A stretch of 64,000 nucleotides of DNA. Origin: Eledone cirrhosa (lineage: Eukaryota). Both the position numbers and the translations under genes were made by a program. The notes under the pieces were generated by a model that made no database searches, was not told the origin of the DNA, and worked only from the letters and a program-made list of their open reading frames with translations. Location of the stretch: assembly GCA_964016885.1 (NCBI GenBank), contig OZ024750.1, forward strand, positions 30,256,001 through 30,320,000. Reading direction: 5' to 3'. This document shows, in pieces, positions 12,779-25,675 of this stretch (positions are counted from its first letter, which is position 1; every line of letters begins with the position of its first letter).

Positions 12779-13537
12779 ATGTTGGTAATGATGTTGATGT
12801 TAGTGATAGTAGTGTTATTGGTGTTGCTGTTAATGTTGGTAGTGATGTTGATGGTAGTGTTGCATAAATATCTTCATTACCACATTTCTAATGAAAACCT
12901 CTGTCTATGATTTTCAAATAATTTTGAATTTAATCAAGAATTGTAGTAATATAATCAACTTCCTTCGTATTACGCTGGTATTTGGAACATAGTTAAATCT
13001 TTCTCTTACCTTTCCTTATCTGTAATAGCTTAGGGTTCTTACATAAAATTATGATGAAAGGTTTTTAGATAAATATAAAGACTTTAACTCTTAATAGCCT
13101 ATACCACATGAAACCACAGGAGCAAGATATTCTTGTAAAGTACAAAAGACACTATTGTCTTCACTCTTTCCTCGGTCTTTTATTCTCTATAACTTCTATT
13201 ACCTTGGCAGTTTTAAACTTGCACATATTGTAGGGCTTCCCATATTTAAACTTATTTAAATTTGCATTTCTTATTCTAGAATGCTTCAAGCAAACTTCAA
13301 CATTTTGTTATACTAAAGTCTTTACTTTAATACTGCAAATTTTCACAATATGTCCAGTAGTAAAGATATGATAAACATTTGAATTCACAAATTACTTTTT
13401 AGATATTTTCTATGAAAGCATTATAGGATGTCCCAAGTTAAGATAAAAAGAGCTTTACACTATAAAACCAGAGGTAATTTCAGGTAGTTTGGTATTAATA
13501 CGATTAATTAAAGCATGTAGGTAGCGTATTTCATTAA

Positions 13538-13753
13538 CCCTTTAGCATTTACACTACTCTATATATACTATTTTTGCGGTGAAGGTTTTATCTTATATAA
13601 TTATCTCACATAATATCGAATCTATGAGATTTTGATATTATTTATTTTGAGAACAATACCTTAACGCCAGTATGAGCGGCCAATTAAGACCAGTTTGAAC
13701 AGAAAGAGAAGAGAGAATTCTGGCCAGATATGACTGGTTTAAATGCTAAAGGG
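13538..13753. mobile_element. TTAA-flanked (piggyBac-type) MITE
   Basis: TTAA-CCCTTTAGCATTTA ... TAAATGCTAAAGGG-TTAA; relatives at ~36570-36790 and 63317-63743. Confidence 0.85.
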
Positions 13754-14039
13754 TTAAAGATATATTTACAAAAGGGTTAAGCAAATCTAAGGAACAGTGA
13801 TAGATATAAAATGGCTGAGTGAATACACACAGGCTTTTTCTAAAAGATTTTTCTTTTTCTCCTGTTCCTTTCTCAGAAGATAGAATGAAAAATAAAAGAA
13901 GAAATAGAAAGATGAAGGACTAGTGCCCAAAACATGAAGACTATTTTTTTTACTATACCAAGTGTTAAACTAATATATTTCTTCATTGTATTTTATTTTT
14001 TCCATTTACTTTTTGCATACATACATATATATAAATATA

Positions 14040-14480
14040 TAGATAGATATAGATACCTGAATGTTTGATAATGACTTGTTCAGCAAATCTATGGCACAGT
14101 GATAGATATATAGATAGATATATAGATAGATAGATATATAGAGATAGATATATACATAAATATACATAGAGAGATATATATATATAGAGAGATTAAGATA
14201 TTTATAGAGATATAGATATATATATAGAGATAGATATATATATATATATAGAGAGAGATATATAGACATATAGAGAGATAGATATATATATATAGAGAGA
14301 GAGATATCGATATATATAGTGAGATATAGATGTGTTATATATATATAAAGAGAGAGAGGTATATATATACACACACACACACATATATAGAGAGAGAGAG
14401 GAAAAAAAAATATATATATATAAAGAGGTATAGACATATATATATATAGAGGGAGAGTGATATAGATATATATAGATAAC
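14040..14480. repeat. Compound (TA)/(GA)/(GATA) microsatellite
   Basis: Direct inspection. Confidence 0.9.
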
Positions 14481-14636
14481 TGAATGCTTGATAAGGACTT
14501 GTTATCTAAATATAGAACATGTTTGAAATATCCATCTTAAGATATGAAAAAGATAAAGTTGACTTTGACATAATTATGAATTGTAAATATGTGATTAAGT
14601 AACTAATTAAGCAGATGTGAAATGTACATAATTAAT

Positions 14637-15030
14637 TGTTTCTATTTTTGGCACAAGACCAGCAATTATCCCAATGTATTACTGGTACTTTATTTTATCA
14701 ACCCCGTAAGGATGAAAGGCAAAGTTAACCTCGGCGGTATTTGAACTCAGTCCATAAAGGGTCGTAACTCTTTGCTGCTTAGCATGGCGTCTGATCCTCT
14801 ACCGATACTGCCAATCCATCCACCCAATGTACATAATTAATTGTTTCTATTTTTGGCACAAGACCAGCAATTAAATCAGTGGATTACTGGTACTTTATTT
14901 TATCGACCCCGTAAGGATGAAAGGCAAAGTTAACCTCGGCGGGATTTGAACTCAGATCGTAAAGGGACGTAACTATGCTGGAAAGCATAGTTACGTCCCT
15001 TTACCGATACTGCCAATCCATCCACCCAAT
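14637..15030 (-). mobile_element. Tandem pair of family A SINEs
   Basis: Reverse complement of SINE A twice; AATGTACATAATTAAT present three times (both flanks and linker). Confidence 0.9.
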
Positions 15031-15129
15031 GTACATAATTAATGACACCTAAAAGGTGAACCAGTATGCTATATTTTATTAATTTGTTGTAAAAACAAAA
15101 ACAGACATGCATTATATATAAATATATAA

Positions 15130-15322
15130 GGGCGATGGATTGGCAGTATGGGTAGAGAGTCGGACGCCATGTTTTGAAGCATAGAGTTACGTCCCTTTAT
15201 GATCTGAGTTCAAATCTCGCCAAGGTTAACTTTGCCTTACATCCTTACGGGGTCGATAAAATAAAGTACCAGTAATGCACTGGGATAATTGCTGGCCTTG
15301 TGCCAAAAGTAGAAACAATTAT
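15130..15322 (+). mobile_element. Family A SINE
   Basis: Full head to tail; oriented head-to-head with the 14637-15030 pair. Confidence 0.9.
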
Positions 15323-15357
15323 TATTTAACCATTTTAAAATATATATATACATATAG

Positions 15358-16050
15358 GCATGGGCAGCAACTGCAGAGGATATGCGACGGTTGGAGAGAA
15401 ATGAAGCAAGCATACTCCATTGGATGTGCAATGTCAATGTGCATGAACACCCAAGCATAGACGAGTTGAGAAAGAAACTGGGTGTAAGAGGGATAAGTTG
15501 TAGTGTTGCAGAAGAGAAGACTGAGATGGTATGGACATGTGATGCGCATAGAGGATGACCGCTGGGTAAAGAAGTGCCAAGAAATCCCAGTGGAAGGAAG
15601 ACGCAGTAGAGGAAGGGCGGAGGTGGTGAGAGCAGACCTCAGATCGCTGAAACTCACGGAGGAGATGACAAAGGATGAAGCAAGCATACTCCATTGGATG
15701 TGCAATGTCAATGTGCATGAACACCCCAAGCATAGACGAGTTGAGAAAGAAACTGGGTGTAAGAGGGATAAGTTGTAGTGTTGCAGAAGAGAAGACTGAG
15801 ACGGTATGGACATGTGATGCGCATAGAGGATGACCGCTGGGTAAAGAAGTGCCAAGAAATCCCAGTGGAAGGAAGACGCAGTAGAGGTAGACCACGAAAA
15901 ACATGGGAGGAGGTGGTGAGAGCAGACCTCAGATCGCTGAAACTCACGGAGGAGATGACAAAGGACCGTGACGGGTGGAGAGATGCTGTGCTGAATAGGA
16001 CCCGTCCAACCCTTGCAAGCAGGGAAAAGTGGATGTAAAATGATGATGAT
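15358..16050 (+). mobile_element. 5'-truncated RTE-clade LINE 3' end with internal ~270-bp tandem duplication
   Basis: Translation RRLRWYGHVMR..EGRRSRGRPRKTWEEVV..DRDGWR, typical of RTE C-termini; (TGA)n tail; 15404-15676 repeated from 15677. Confidence 0.9.
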
Positions 16051-16077
16051 ATATATATATATATATAATATATATAC

Positions 16078-16153
<76 letters not shown>

Positions 16154-16209
16154 AGACGGTGGGGGAGCGATAGATATATTTATCTCTGTCTCTCTCTATA
16201 CATATATAT

Positions 16210-16490
16210 ACATAATAAGGAAATTATTGTGTACAATGCTCAGGTGCACTATAATTCATCAAAGGCGCATGTATAGTACATAGAATAATGTACAAATGTC
16301 AGGAAAGTGAAAAGTCTATGAGTCATGATATACACAGATACATGTGTGCGTATGTATGGAGGCGGAATATCAGGTGTAATGTTGGCGAATTTAGGGAAGC
16401 ATGGAGGTTTTAAAGGATGCAGTGTCCTGGCAGTTAACAACTGATACAGGTAGCTTGTTCCATGCTTCAGCAACTCTGAGTGTGAAAAAA
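16210..16490 (-). mobile_element. CR1 LINE 3' end fragment
   Basis: Reverse complement matches 51930-52200 (GCACCTGAGCA.TGTACACAATA terminus). Confidence 0.85.
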
Positions 16491-16500
16491 TACATATATA

Positions 16501-16650
16501 TAATGAGACAATGAGTTACACAAATACACTGTTCCCGGTATAAGAAGATAAGCATTTGTTACTTAGCAATGACAGTGAACAGTGTATTTGTGTAACTCAT
16601 TATCTAATTAAAATTACTCCGTGGATTATCGATTGCAGTACTTTTTATAT
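16501..16650 (+). repeat. Short fold-back element with ~34-bp arms plus tail
   Basis: AATGAGTTACACAAATACACTGTTC (16510-16534) versus GAACAGTGTATTTGTGTAACTCATT (16577-16601). Confidence 0.75.
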
Positions 16651-16734
16651 GTTGAGTCGGAAACAACTATATGGTGAGACAGTCCTTGATCCACGTTACT
16701 AAGATTCATAGACTCAAGTAACAGAAACCAAGTA

Positions 16735-17015
16735 AACATTACAATACAATGGGAGGAAACATAAAAGCATCATTGATGATGTCACAGGTATGTGATGAAA
16801 GAACTCTGAGAGACTAATTATATATATATATATTTATATCTATATTTTTAACTGTTGGTGAATCAATGATAAACATTGATTACTAGCTAAATTAACTATA
16901 GGGATATAAAATATATAGAAGCAGTAACCAACCCAAACCAAACAGTGAGTGTGTTTTATTATATATTTCTGGCAATATTATAATAACATGACCCTCCCCA
17001 AATATAACAATATAT
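16735..17015 (+). mobile_element. Family F PLE-like element with degenerate hammerhead (16760-16822)
   Basis: Colinear with 4700-4985; TTGATGA-T-GTCACA-GGTA-TGTGAT-GAAA-GAACTC; ends in ATGACCCTCCCCAAATATAACAA + (TA)n. Confidence 0.7.
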
Positions 17016-17107
17016 ATATATATAAGTGGGGTGGGGTCATGTACATACATAGAACAGTCAACCATTCATGTGAATATAGTAACGGATTTATTATTTTTTT
17101 AGTAAAA

Positions 17108-17293
17108 GGGCGGTGGATTGGCAGTATCAGTAGAGGGTCGGACGCCATGCTTTCCAGCATAGTTACGTCCCTTTACGATCTGAGTTCAAATCCCACCGAG
17201 GTTGACTTTGTCTTTCATCCTTACGGGGTCGATAAAATAAAGTACCAGTAATGCACTGGGTAATTGCTGGCCTTGTGACTAAAGTAGAAACAA
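17108..17293 (+). mobile_element. Family A SINE with TSD
   Basis: Flanked by ~18-bp duplication ATTATTTTTTTAGTAAAA. Confidence 0.9.
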
Positions 17294-17745
17294 TTATTTT
17301 TTTAGTAAAATGTGGCAGTGACTTCAAAATTGTTGCTGTACTACCTCAGAAATAGAGAGATAGAGTAACATAGATAGTCACACAAACTATATGACAGAGA
17401 AGAATATATGTGAGAAAAAAAAACAAAATAAAATGTATAGTTCACACCTATGTAGGTTTAACTGGCCTCCTACAACGTTGTATCTCACAGGAGGTTTCTT
17501 GATGTGTTAATGATAGGGGCTTCAGTCTTATCAAGAACAACAATGTGAAATGAAGTGCCTTATTCAAGAACACAACATGCCACTCAGTTCAGAAATTGAA
17601 CCTATGATGGGCCCGTTACAAAGAAGCGAGAAGGAATAAACTCAGAATATACAAAGTTATGACTAAATATCACAAAGCATTTTATCCAATGCTCTTCCAA
17701 TTCTACCAATCCAGTTAACAACATGATAAATATAACAGTACTTAC

Positions 17746-17902
17746 CTCCATCAGTTAAGGTATATGTATAAGGTTCAGCATATGTTATAGGTATAGTAAT
17801 CCTTGTGGCAGGGGTCTTGTTAGGTAATTTGTCCTCTTCTAATACTTTATTGTTCTGGTTCTCATTATTGTCTTCACTTTCACTGCCAGATGATGTTGTC
17901 AG
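17746..17902 (-). CDS. Candidate internal coding exon (157 nt) of an unidentified host gene
   Basis: Minus strand: polypyrimidine TTTTTATTTTTTTGTTCAG acceptor, open frame LTTSSGSESEDNNENQNNKVLEEDKLPNKTPATRITIPITYAEPYTYTLTDG, donor AG|GTAAGT; single-copy in the window. Confidence 0.6.
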
Positions 17903-17949
17903 CTGAACAAAAAAATAAAAAATATTTCTAGTCAATATTTTTAACGATA

Positions 17950-19570
17950 TTTATTTTATCTCTATGACGTGAACCCCTCACATATGTTCCTACATTCTGT
18001 CATATATTTTATCTCTAGGGTGTGAAGATCTCGCTTACACACATTCCCATGTCCCATCACATATATTTTATCTCAACCATGTGTAAATATCTTACACACA
18101 TCTTCATGGCTTACTACACATTTTTTCTCTACAATGTGTAAATATCTTACACACTTTCCTATGTCCCACCACATATTTAATCTCTACAATGTGTAAATAA
18201 CTTACATCTCTATGCCTTACCACAAATATTTTATCTCTACAATGTGTAAATATCTTACACACACATCTTCATGCCTTACCACATATTTTATCTCTACAAT
18301 GTGTAAATATCTTACACACACATCTTCATGCCTTACCACATATTTTATCTCTACAATGTGTAAATATCTTACACACACATCTTCATGCCTTACCACATAT
18401 TTTATCTCTACAATGTGTAAATATCTTACACACACATCTTCATGCCTTACCACATATTTTATCTCTACCATATGTAAATATCTTACACATATCTTCATAC
18501 CTTACCACATATATTTTATCTCTACAATGTGTAAATATCTTACACATCTCTATGCCTTACCACATATATTTTATCTCTACAATGTGTAAATATCTTACAC
18601 ATATCTTCATGTCCCACCACATATTTAATCTCTACAATGTGTAAATAACTTACACATATCTTCATACCCTATCACATATATCCTATCCCTACAAAATGTA
18701 ACCATCTCATTTACACACATTTTCATACTCTACAATAGTATTCAGACAGGCTGGGGTGTGTGTGTTTAAGGCAAAATCTCGTTTACACATATTTCCAAGC
18801 TACACATGCTCTAACACAGGCATGGACAACCTTTTTTGAGCAATGGAGTGCATAGTATGTGGTTTATCATAGGGCAGGCCACACTACTAAAAAAATTCAA
18901 GGCAGTTTTGAAATTAGGTGTGCAATTCAGAAAGCCAAACAACCCAGTTTGCCCATGACTGCTCAACCACATATATTTTATCTCTTTAATGTGTAAATAT
19001 CTTACACACATCTCTATGCCTTACCACATTCTGTATATTTTATCTCTACAATGTGTAAGTATCTTATACACATCTCTATGCCCTACCACAACATATTTTA
19101 TCTCTACCTTGTGTAAATATCTTACACACATATCTTCATACCCTACCACATATTTTATCTCTACAATGTGTAAGTATCTTATACACATCTCTATGCCCTA
19201 CCACACATATTTTATCTCTACCTTGTGTAAATATCTTACACACATATCTTCATACCCTACCACATATTTTATCTCTACAATGTGTAAACATTTTACACAC
19301 GTTCCCAGGTTCTACATAAGTGTTTAGACAAGTTCTAACCCTGCTCATCCAAGTGTAATTTATCATGGCACCAGCACTTAAGAGGTTGTCACATCTTGGA
19401 CACATCTGAAAAGTCCTCCTGACCATTAAGATATAAAAAGATAATGTTGACATTGACACAATTATGACTTTTAAAACTGTTCTGAAGTTAATTAAACACA
19501 AGATAAATGTACATACTTAATGACACAAGCTACATCTTCAAACATATATTTTTATCTCTACAATGTGAAC
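17950..19570. repeat. Interrupted ~57-bp minisatellite
   Basis: Unit ATATTTTATCTCTACAATGTGTAAATATCTTACACACACATCTTCATGCCTTACCAC; main blocks 18060-18720 and 18965-19300. Confidence 0.9.
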
Positions 19571-20172
19571 AAGATTAAAATTATATCAGCCATCATCATC
19601 CTTATCATGATGATCATCATCATCATTTTTAGGGAATGTTTAAATTTGATTATGAGACTGACACACTGCCTACTGTACTACTACTACTACTACTACTAAT
19701 ACTACTACCACTGCTGCTACTACTACCACCACCACTACTACACTACTATTACTACTACCACTACAACTACCACTACCACCACCACTACTACAAATATTAC
19801 TACTACCGCTTCTACAACCACTACTACTACTAATACTATTGGTTGGGTGGAATTTGTTGCTGCCCTCCCTGAGATAGATCTTTACCATCATTCTCAGGGT
19901 AGTATTTTTTTCACTGATATTTATGAAACTGTTATTGTTTATGCAGGACACGAACAAAACATAATGACTTGCTTAAATGGTTTTAGGAAGCTATACAGAG
20001 AAATATCTATTTTTCTGTCTGTCTGCCTGTGTGCATGTGTGTGTGTATCTTGCTACAGAAATGTTTCTGGTCAGGTTTCTATGGCTGGATGCCCTTCTTA
20101 ACACCAATCACATTTACAATGTGTTCTTGGTGCTTTTTGTTGTGACACCGATATGACCACTATATATATATA

Positions 20173-20236
<64 letters not shown>

Positions 20237-20547
20237 TTTAAGTTTGGTGGTTCACCTCTGGATAGAACTGGTCATTCCGTATAGTCAACCATGATGTTAT
20301 ATTAGGAAAAGCACTCAACGCTTTAATGTTGAATCTTCTCTGCTCATCCAAGTGTACTTTATCATGGCACCACCAACACTTAAGAGGTTATCATGTCTTG
20401 GACATATCTGTGCAGGAGGCAGTCAGCCAAACTGAAAACAACCGGCACTCTTGATCGCCTTCGAGTCAAAAACATTTTTCTCTTCTTTCTCTCCTTATAG
20501 CCTCTTGGATCATGTTTACCACCATTCCTTTATTATATAAATATTGT

Positions 20548-20616
20548 GCAATAAACACCTGATGATGTCACCAAGATCTTACGTAACCTGGTCACTGAAA
20601 TGTACATAGTGTTTGC
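20548..20616 (+). ncRNA. Minimal type I hammerhead ribozyme (family I) in a ~450-bp element between (TA)n tracts
   Basis: Stem I AAACAC/GTGTTT; CTGATGA 20559-20565; stem II GTCACCA/TGGTCAC with one mismatch; GAAA 20597-20600; palindromic TGTACA; TA with predicted cleavage after 20608. Confidence 0.75.
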
Positions 20617-20672
20617 TGAAATAAATCTTTGAAGGAATTTCACCAGTTCGGTCTCCTGTCATGTTACTCAAT

Positions 20673-20766
<94 letters not shown>

Positions 20767-20767
20767 A

Positions 20768-20880
20768 GTTGAAAAAAAATGAAAACGAAATTTCATTTCT
20801 CACTCTTAGTATGGCACTTACTTAAATGTAAGTATGTATGTATACGTACATACATATATGTATACAGACGTACAGTAGCA

Positions 20881-20922
<42 letters not shown>

Positions 20923-20998
20923 TATACACATATGCATACAGGTACACATACATATATGCACGCATATATGTATGTGTACCTGTATGCATATGTGTATA

Positions 20999-21036
<38 letters not shown>

Positions 21037-21086
21037 TGCTACTGTACGTCTGTATACATATATGTATGTACGTATACATACATACT

Positions 21087-21142
<56 letters not shown>

Positions 21143-21450
21143 AACGGAAAAAATGAAACGAAATTTCATTTCCCACTCTTAGTACGGCTGTTACTTAAAT
21201 ATAAGTACGTACACATACATATATGTATACAGACGTACAGTAGTATGTATATATATATATACATACATGCACACATATATATATGTACATATGGATTCAC
21301 CGAACATTTATTATAATGCTCGGTGTGTTTGTAAACGAATCCATATGTACATATATATATGTGTGCATGTATGTATATATATATACATACTACTGTACGT
21401 CTGTATACATATATGTATGTACGTGTACGTACTTATATATATATATAACT
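20768..21450 (-). repeat. Two tandem fold-back elements of one family (M)
   Basis: Palindromes ~20829-21090 and ~21200-21440 share arm sequence ACATATATGTATACAGACGTACAGTAG and unpaired tail GAAA.CGAAATTTCATTTC.CACTCTTAGTA but fold at different centres. Confidence 0.85.
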
Positions 21451-21839
21451 AAATGAAAAAGATATATGTATATATATAGAGAGAAAGGGCCATATACAGT
21501 ATAAGAAACACAGTATATTGTATATATATATACCAAATACATAGTCTATAGAAGAATAAGTACACAGGTGGAATCATAAGAGAAACCTTATAGCACTATT
21601 TCATACCTGGAGAGTGCAGCTCAAAATCAATCTATGTAAATGATCATTAAAAAAAATCAATCAAGAAAATCAATCATTGAAGACAAACTATCGATTATAA
21701 TCACGAATGAAACAGTTCTAGTCCTGTAGAATCTCTTCTATATTAAAACTATATATATATAGATTCGATTTTACTAAGCCTCCAATTTATATATATATAT
21801 ATTGAGTATCTCAGGAATTTGGTCATTGTATTTATCATT

Positions 21840-21878
<39 letters not shown>

Positions 21879-22354
21879 TCATCATCATCGTTTAATATCT
21901 ATTTTCCACGGTAGCATGGGTTAGATGGGTTTGTCCAGTTAGAGGCAAGCTGGGTCAGGTGACCATGTCTTGCTCATACAGAACTGTTTCTGGCTAGATT
22001 TCTATGGCTGGATGCCCTTCCTAATGCCAATCACATTTACAGTGTGGACTGGGTGCTCTTTTGTCATGTCTCCTATATGACCACTTTACAGTGTGGGCAG
22101 CAGTGGAAGGGGTGTAGGAGTGAGGGGGGATGAATGGAAGTGGAGGTATAGTGGATTAAGATGTGTGTGTATATATATATATATATAGTGGATTAAGATG
22201 TGTGTGTGTATATATATATATAGTGGATTAAGATGTGTGTGTGTATATATATATAGTGGATTAAGATGTGTGTGTGTATATATATATATATACACCTCTT
22301 TATCCAGTATATATATATATACACCCAGCTCTTAATCCACTATATATATAGTGT

Positions 22355-22736
22355 GTGTAAAAGTTCTATTTAAATTGTTGGGATACAATAAGCAAATATT
22401 TTTATAACTGATATAAAGCACTCAACAAATATTTGGAGTAAAAATACGATATTAACAAATGGAAACTATATTTATAAAACCATATTTATTTCATTATACA
22501 TATTTCAAGGACACCAAGTTAAATTATGGTGTGCTTTCATCAGATAAAATAATCCGGGAGCTTCCAACAGCAATGGTTGCATTCTTTAAGGGTATGTCAA
22601 TATTTATTTATAAAACTGATATATATTGTAGTTTATCTGATGAAAGCACACCATAATTTAACTTGGTGTCCTTGAAATATGTATAATGAAATAAATATGG
22701 TTTTATAAATATAGTTTCCATTTGTTAATATCGTAT
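22355..22736 (-). mobile_element. Second family G fold-back element with two hammerheads (22482-22551 minus; 22623-22698 plus)
   Basis: Arms 22444-22550 / 22630-22736; CTGATGA at 22637 and TCATCAG at 22537; stem II ACACCA/TGGTGT versus ATACCA/TGGTAT at 7.9 kb. Confidence 0.85.
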
Positions 22737-23254
22737 ATATATATATATATATATATATACATACAATCTAGTGAAGTGTTCAGACTCAAGATAAAATATT
22801 GTTACTATTAGTGACAACTAATTATTGTAAACAACAACAACAACAGCAGCAGCAAAAGATAAGTTCTTCTAGAAGAATCCTTCTAATTATGTGTCTTCTT
22901 CAGAAATGGCTAAGGAAAGAACTGAACCAAACAATTAAAGACATGCCATGGCATTACTATATGGTATCCGTTGAAGAGATGTGCAGTAGGCTGTGTAATT
23001 GATTGATTTTTCTCTAATTCCTCGTTATCTCAACCTAAGTCTAATTATCCCATTCCAGAATATTCCTTGTTCCAATTAATCATTTACCAGTTTCTGTAAC
23101 ATTTTCTAGTTTGCAACACAACACTTTCTGTTGTATCAAGAAATATTTGTTATTCAGTTGATAAATTATTTAGTAAATACAATCAACCACCACCCCTCCC
23201 CTTGCCTGTCCCCTTCACACACACACACACCTAATTGATGGCCTTGTGTCTGGT

Positions 23255-23443
23255 TTAGTGGTAGCATCGGTAGAGCGTCAGACACCATGTTTTACAGCAT
23301 AGAGTTATGGCCCTTTACGTTCTGGGTTCAAATCCCGCCGAGGTTAACTTTGCCTTTCATCCTTACGGGGGTCGATAAAATAAAGTACCAGTAATGCACT
23401 GGGGTTAATTGCTGGCCTTGTGCCAAAAGTAGAAACAATTATT
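23255..23443 (+). mobile_element. Family A SINE
   Basis: Same head, central and tail motifs as 2751-2935. Confidence 0.88.
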
Positions 23444-23757
23444 AAAAAAAAATACCTTATAATCATGAGCTATGTACCATAACATAAAAGGTACATCTAA
23501 AAACTCTACAATCATGAACTGAGTACCCTAACCAATAAGGCACAGCTAAAACCCTTACCTTATCAACAAGGGAACATGCACAGCCTGAGTTGTATTCCTC
23601 TACTAACCACCAAGACATTTGCCCTCACTTTAATATAAAGATAAAAACTAAACACAATGAGACATTTCATCTGAAATTCTACCATTTTTTGCCTCACCAT
23701 CAGTAGTAAGCTATAAATATGTTTAATACAATCATAAAGCCTATTTGAGGGAAGGAG

Positions 23758-24098
23758 TCATTTTCATCATTTCATTTTACGTCCACTTTTCCCTGCTTGC
23801 AAGGGTGGGACAGGAACTGATTCTGGCTTGATTTCTACAGCTGGATGCCCTTCCTAACACCAACCTCATTTACAGTGAGTGCTGGGTGCTTTTTTGCCGT
23901 GGCACCTCCACGATCACTTTACAGTGGAATGATATGGACCCCAGTCCCTATCATCTCATTTCTACAGCTGAGTAAACTGGAGCAATGTGAAATAAAGTGT
24001 CTTGCTCAAGGAAACAACACATCACCCGGTCTGAGAATTGAACTCACAACCTTTCGATTGCAAGGCCAATGCTCTAACCACTAAGCCATGTGCCTCCA
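23758..24098 (-). mobile_element. Composite SINE family B (tRNA head + CORE-like segment + RTE-type tail)
   Basis: Head GGCTTAGTGGTTAGAGC..GAGTTCAATTC; CCTTGAGCAAGACACTTT segment; GGAAGGGCATCCAGCTGTAGAAA; tail CCCTTGCAAGCAGGGAAAAGTGGACGTAAAATGA. Confidence 0.9.
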
Positions 24099-24869
24099 TA
24101 TAGAGTATAGTCGATATATCAATCCCAGTAGTTAATTGGTTTATTTATGGATTAGCAGTATCGATTGAGCATCAGACACCATGTTTTGCAGCATAGAGTT
24201 ACGGCCCTTTACCTTCTGAATTCAAATCCTTCCGAGGTTAGCTTTGCTTTTCATTCTTATGGGGGTCGATAAAATAAAATACCTGTAATGCACTGGGGTC
24301 GATTTAATTGACTTTCCTCCTCTCCCCAAATTGCTGGCCTTGTGTCTATAGTAGAAATCATTATATTTCATTAACTCCAGAAGGACTTGAACTCAGTTCA
24401 TAAAGGACCATAACTACATATGACAAAACATTCCACCAATACATGGTAACCTCATTTGGTTTCGTTTTACTCTTTTACTCTTTTACCGTTATTTTTTTTT
24501 AACTTGTGTCAGTAAAAATAAAAATTTACAAGTCATCAGTATCATCACTATCATCACTATCATCATCATTATAATCATTATCACCACTATTATCATCATC
24601 ATCATCAAGTAATTTTATATTATGTGAGTTCTCTTTCATGTGAATGAAACTGCAACATAAAGGCTCCTATTGAGGTTTTCAGCTTCTTATTTTACATAAA
24701 GCTGGTCTATATGTCTAGATAAAAGGGAGATAAGAGGCCTACTTCATGACATGAGAGTTACTACTGTTTGAAATAGTCATCTGCAATATAACTCTTAGAT
24801 TCTTAAAATGTATGCACAATTCCCCTACATACACACAACTGAAATATGTTCAGTGTTGTATAGTTATTG

Positions 24870-25675
24870 CTTTTGATACCAAAACTGTCTGACACCACCC
24901 CTCGTTCTATGATACCAAACCCTCTGACACCACCCCTCGTTCTATGATACCAAACCAACTCAAACCATCCCTGGTTCTATGATACCAAAACTGTCTGACA
25001 CCACCCCTCGTTCTATGATACCAAACCAACTCAAACCACCCCCTGGTTCTTTGATACCAAACTGTCTGAAACTACCACTGGTTCAATAACACCAAACCAC
25101 CTCAAACTGTCCCTGGTTCTATGATATCAAACCACCTGAAACCACCCCTGGTTCTATAATACCAAACTGTCTGAAACTACCACTGGTTCAATAACATCAA
25201 ACCACCTCAAACTGTCCCTGGTTCTATGATATTAAACCACCTGAAACCACCCCTGGTTCTATAATACCAAACTGTCTGAAACTACCACTGTTTCTATGGT
25301 ACCAAACCACCTCAAACCGTCCCTGGTTCTATGATATCAAACCACCTGAAACCACCCCTGGTTCTATAATACCAAACTGTCTGAAACTACCACTAGTTCA
25401 ATAACACCAAACCACCTCAAACTGTCCCTGGTTCTATGATATCAAACCACCTGAAACCACCCCTGGTTCTATAATACCAAACTGTCTGAAACTACCACTG
25501 TTTCTATGGTACCAAACCACCTCAAACCGTCCCTGGTTCTATATCAAATCATCTCTGGTTCTATGATACCAAATCACCTGAAACCACCACTGGTTGTATG
25601 ATACCAAACCACCTGAAACTGTCCCTGATTCTAAGATACCAAACTATCTGAAACCACCCCTGGTTCTATGATTAA
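24870..25675. repeat. ~34-bp minisatellite derived from a TTAA-MITE end
   Basis: Unit GATACCAAACCACCTGAAACCACCCCTGGTTCTAT, ~23 copies; resembles MITE left ends at 29710-29760 and 36075-36130. Confidence 0.88.

Noticed and set aside
23845-24084. Recurring ORF ...LQLSKLEQCEIKCLAQGNNTSPGLRIELTTFRLQGQCSNH (five copies)
   Set aside because: Antisense reading of SINE B, not a gene family
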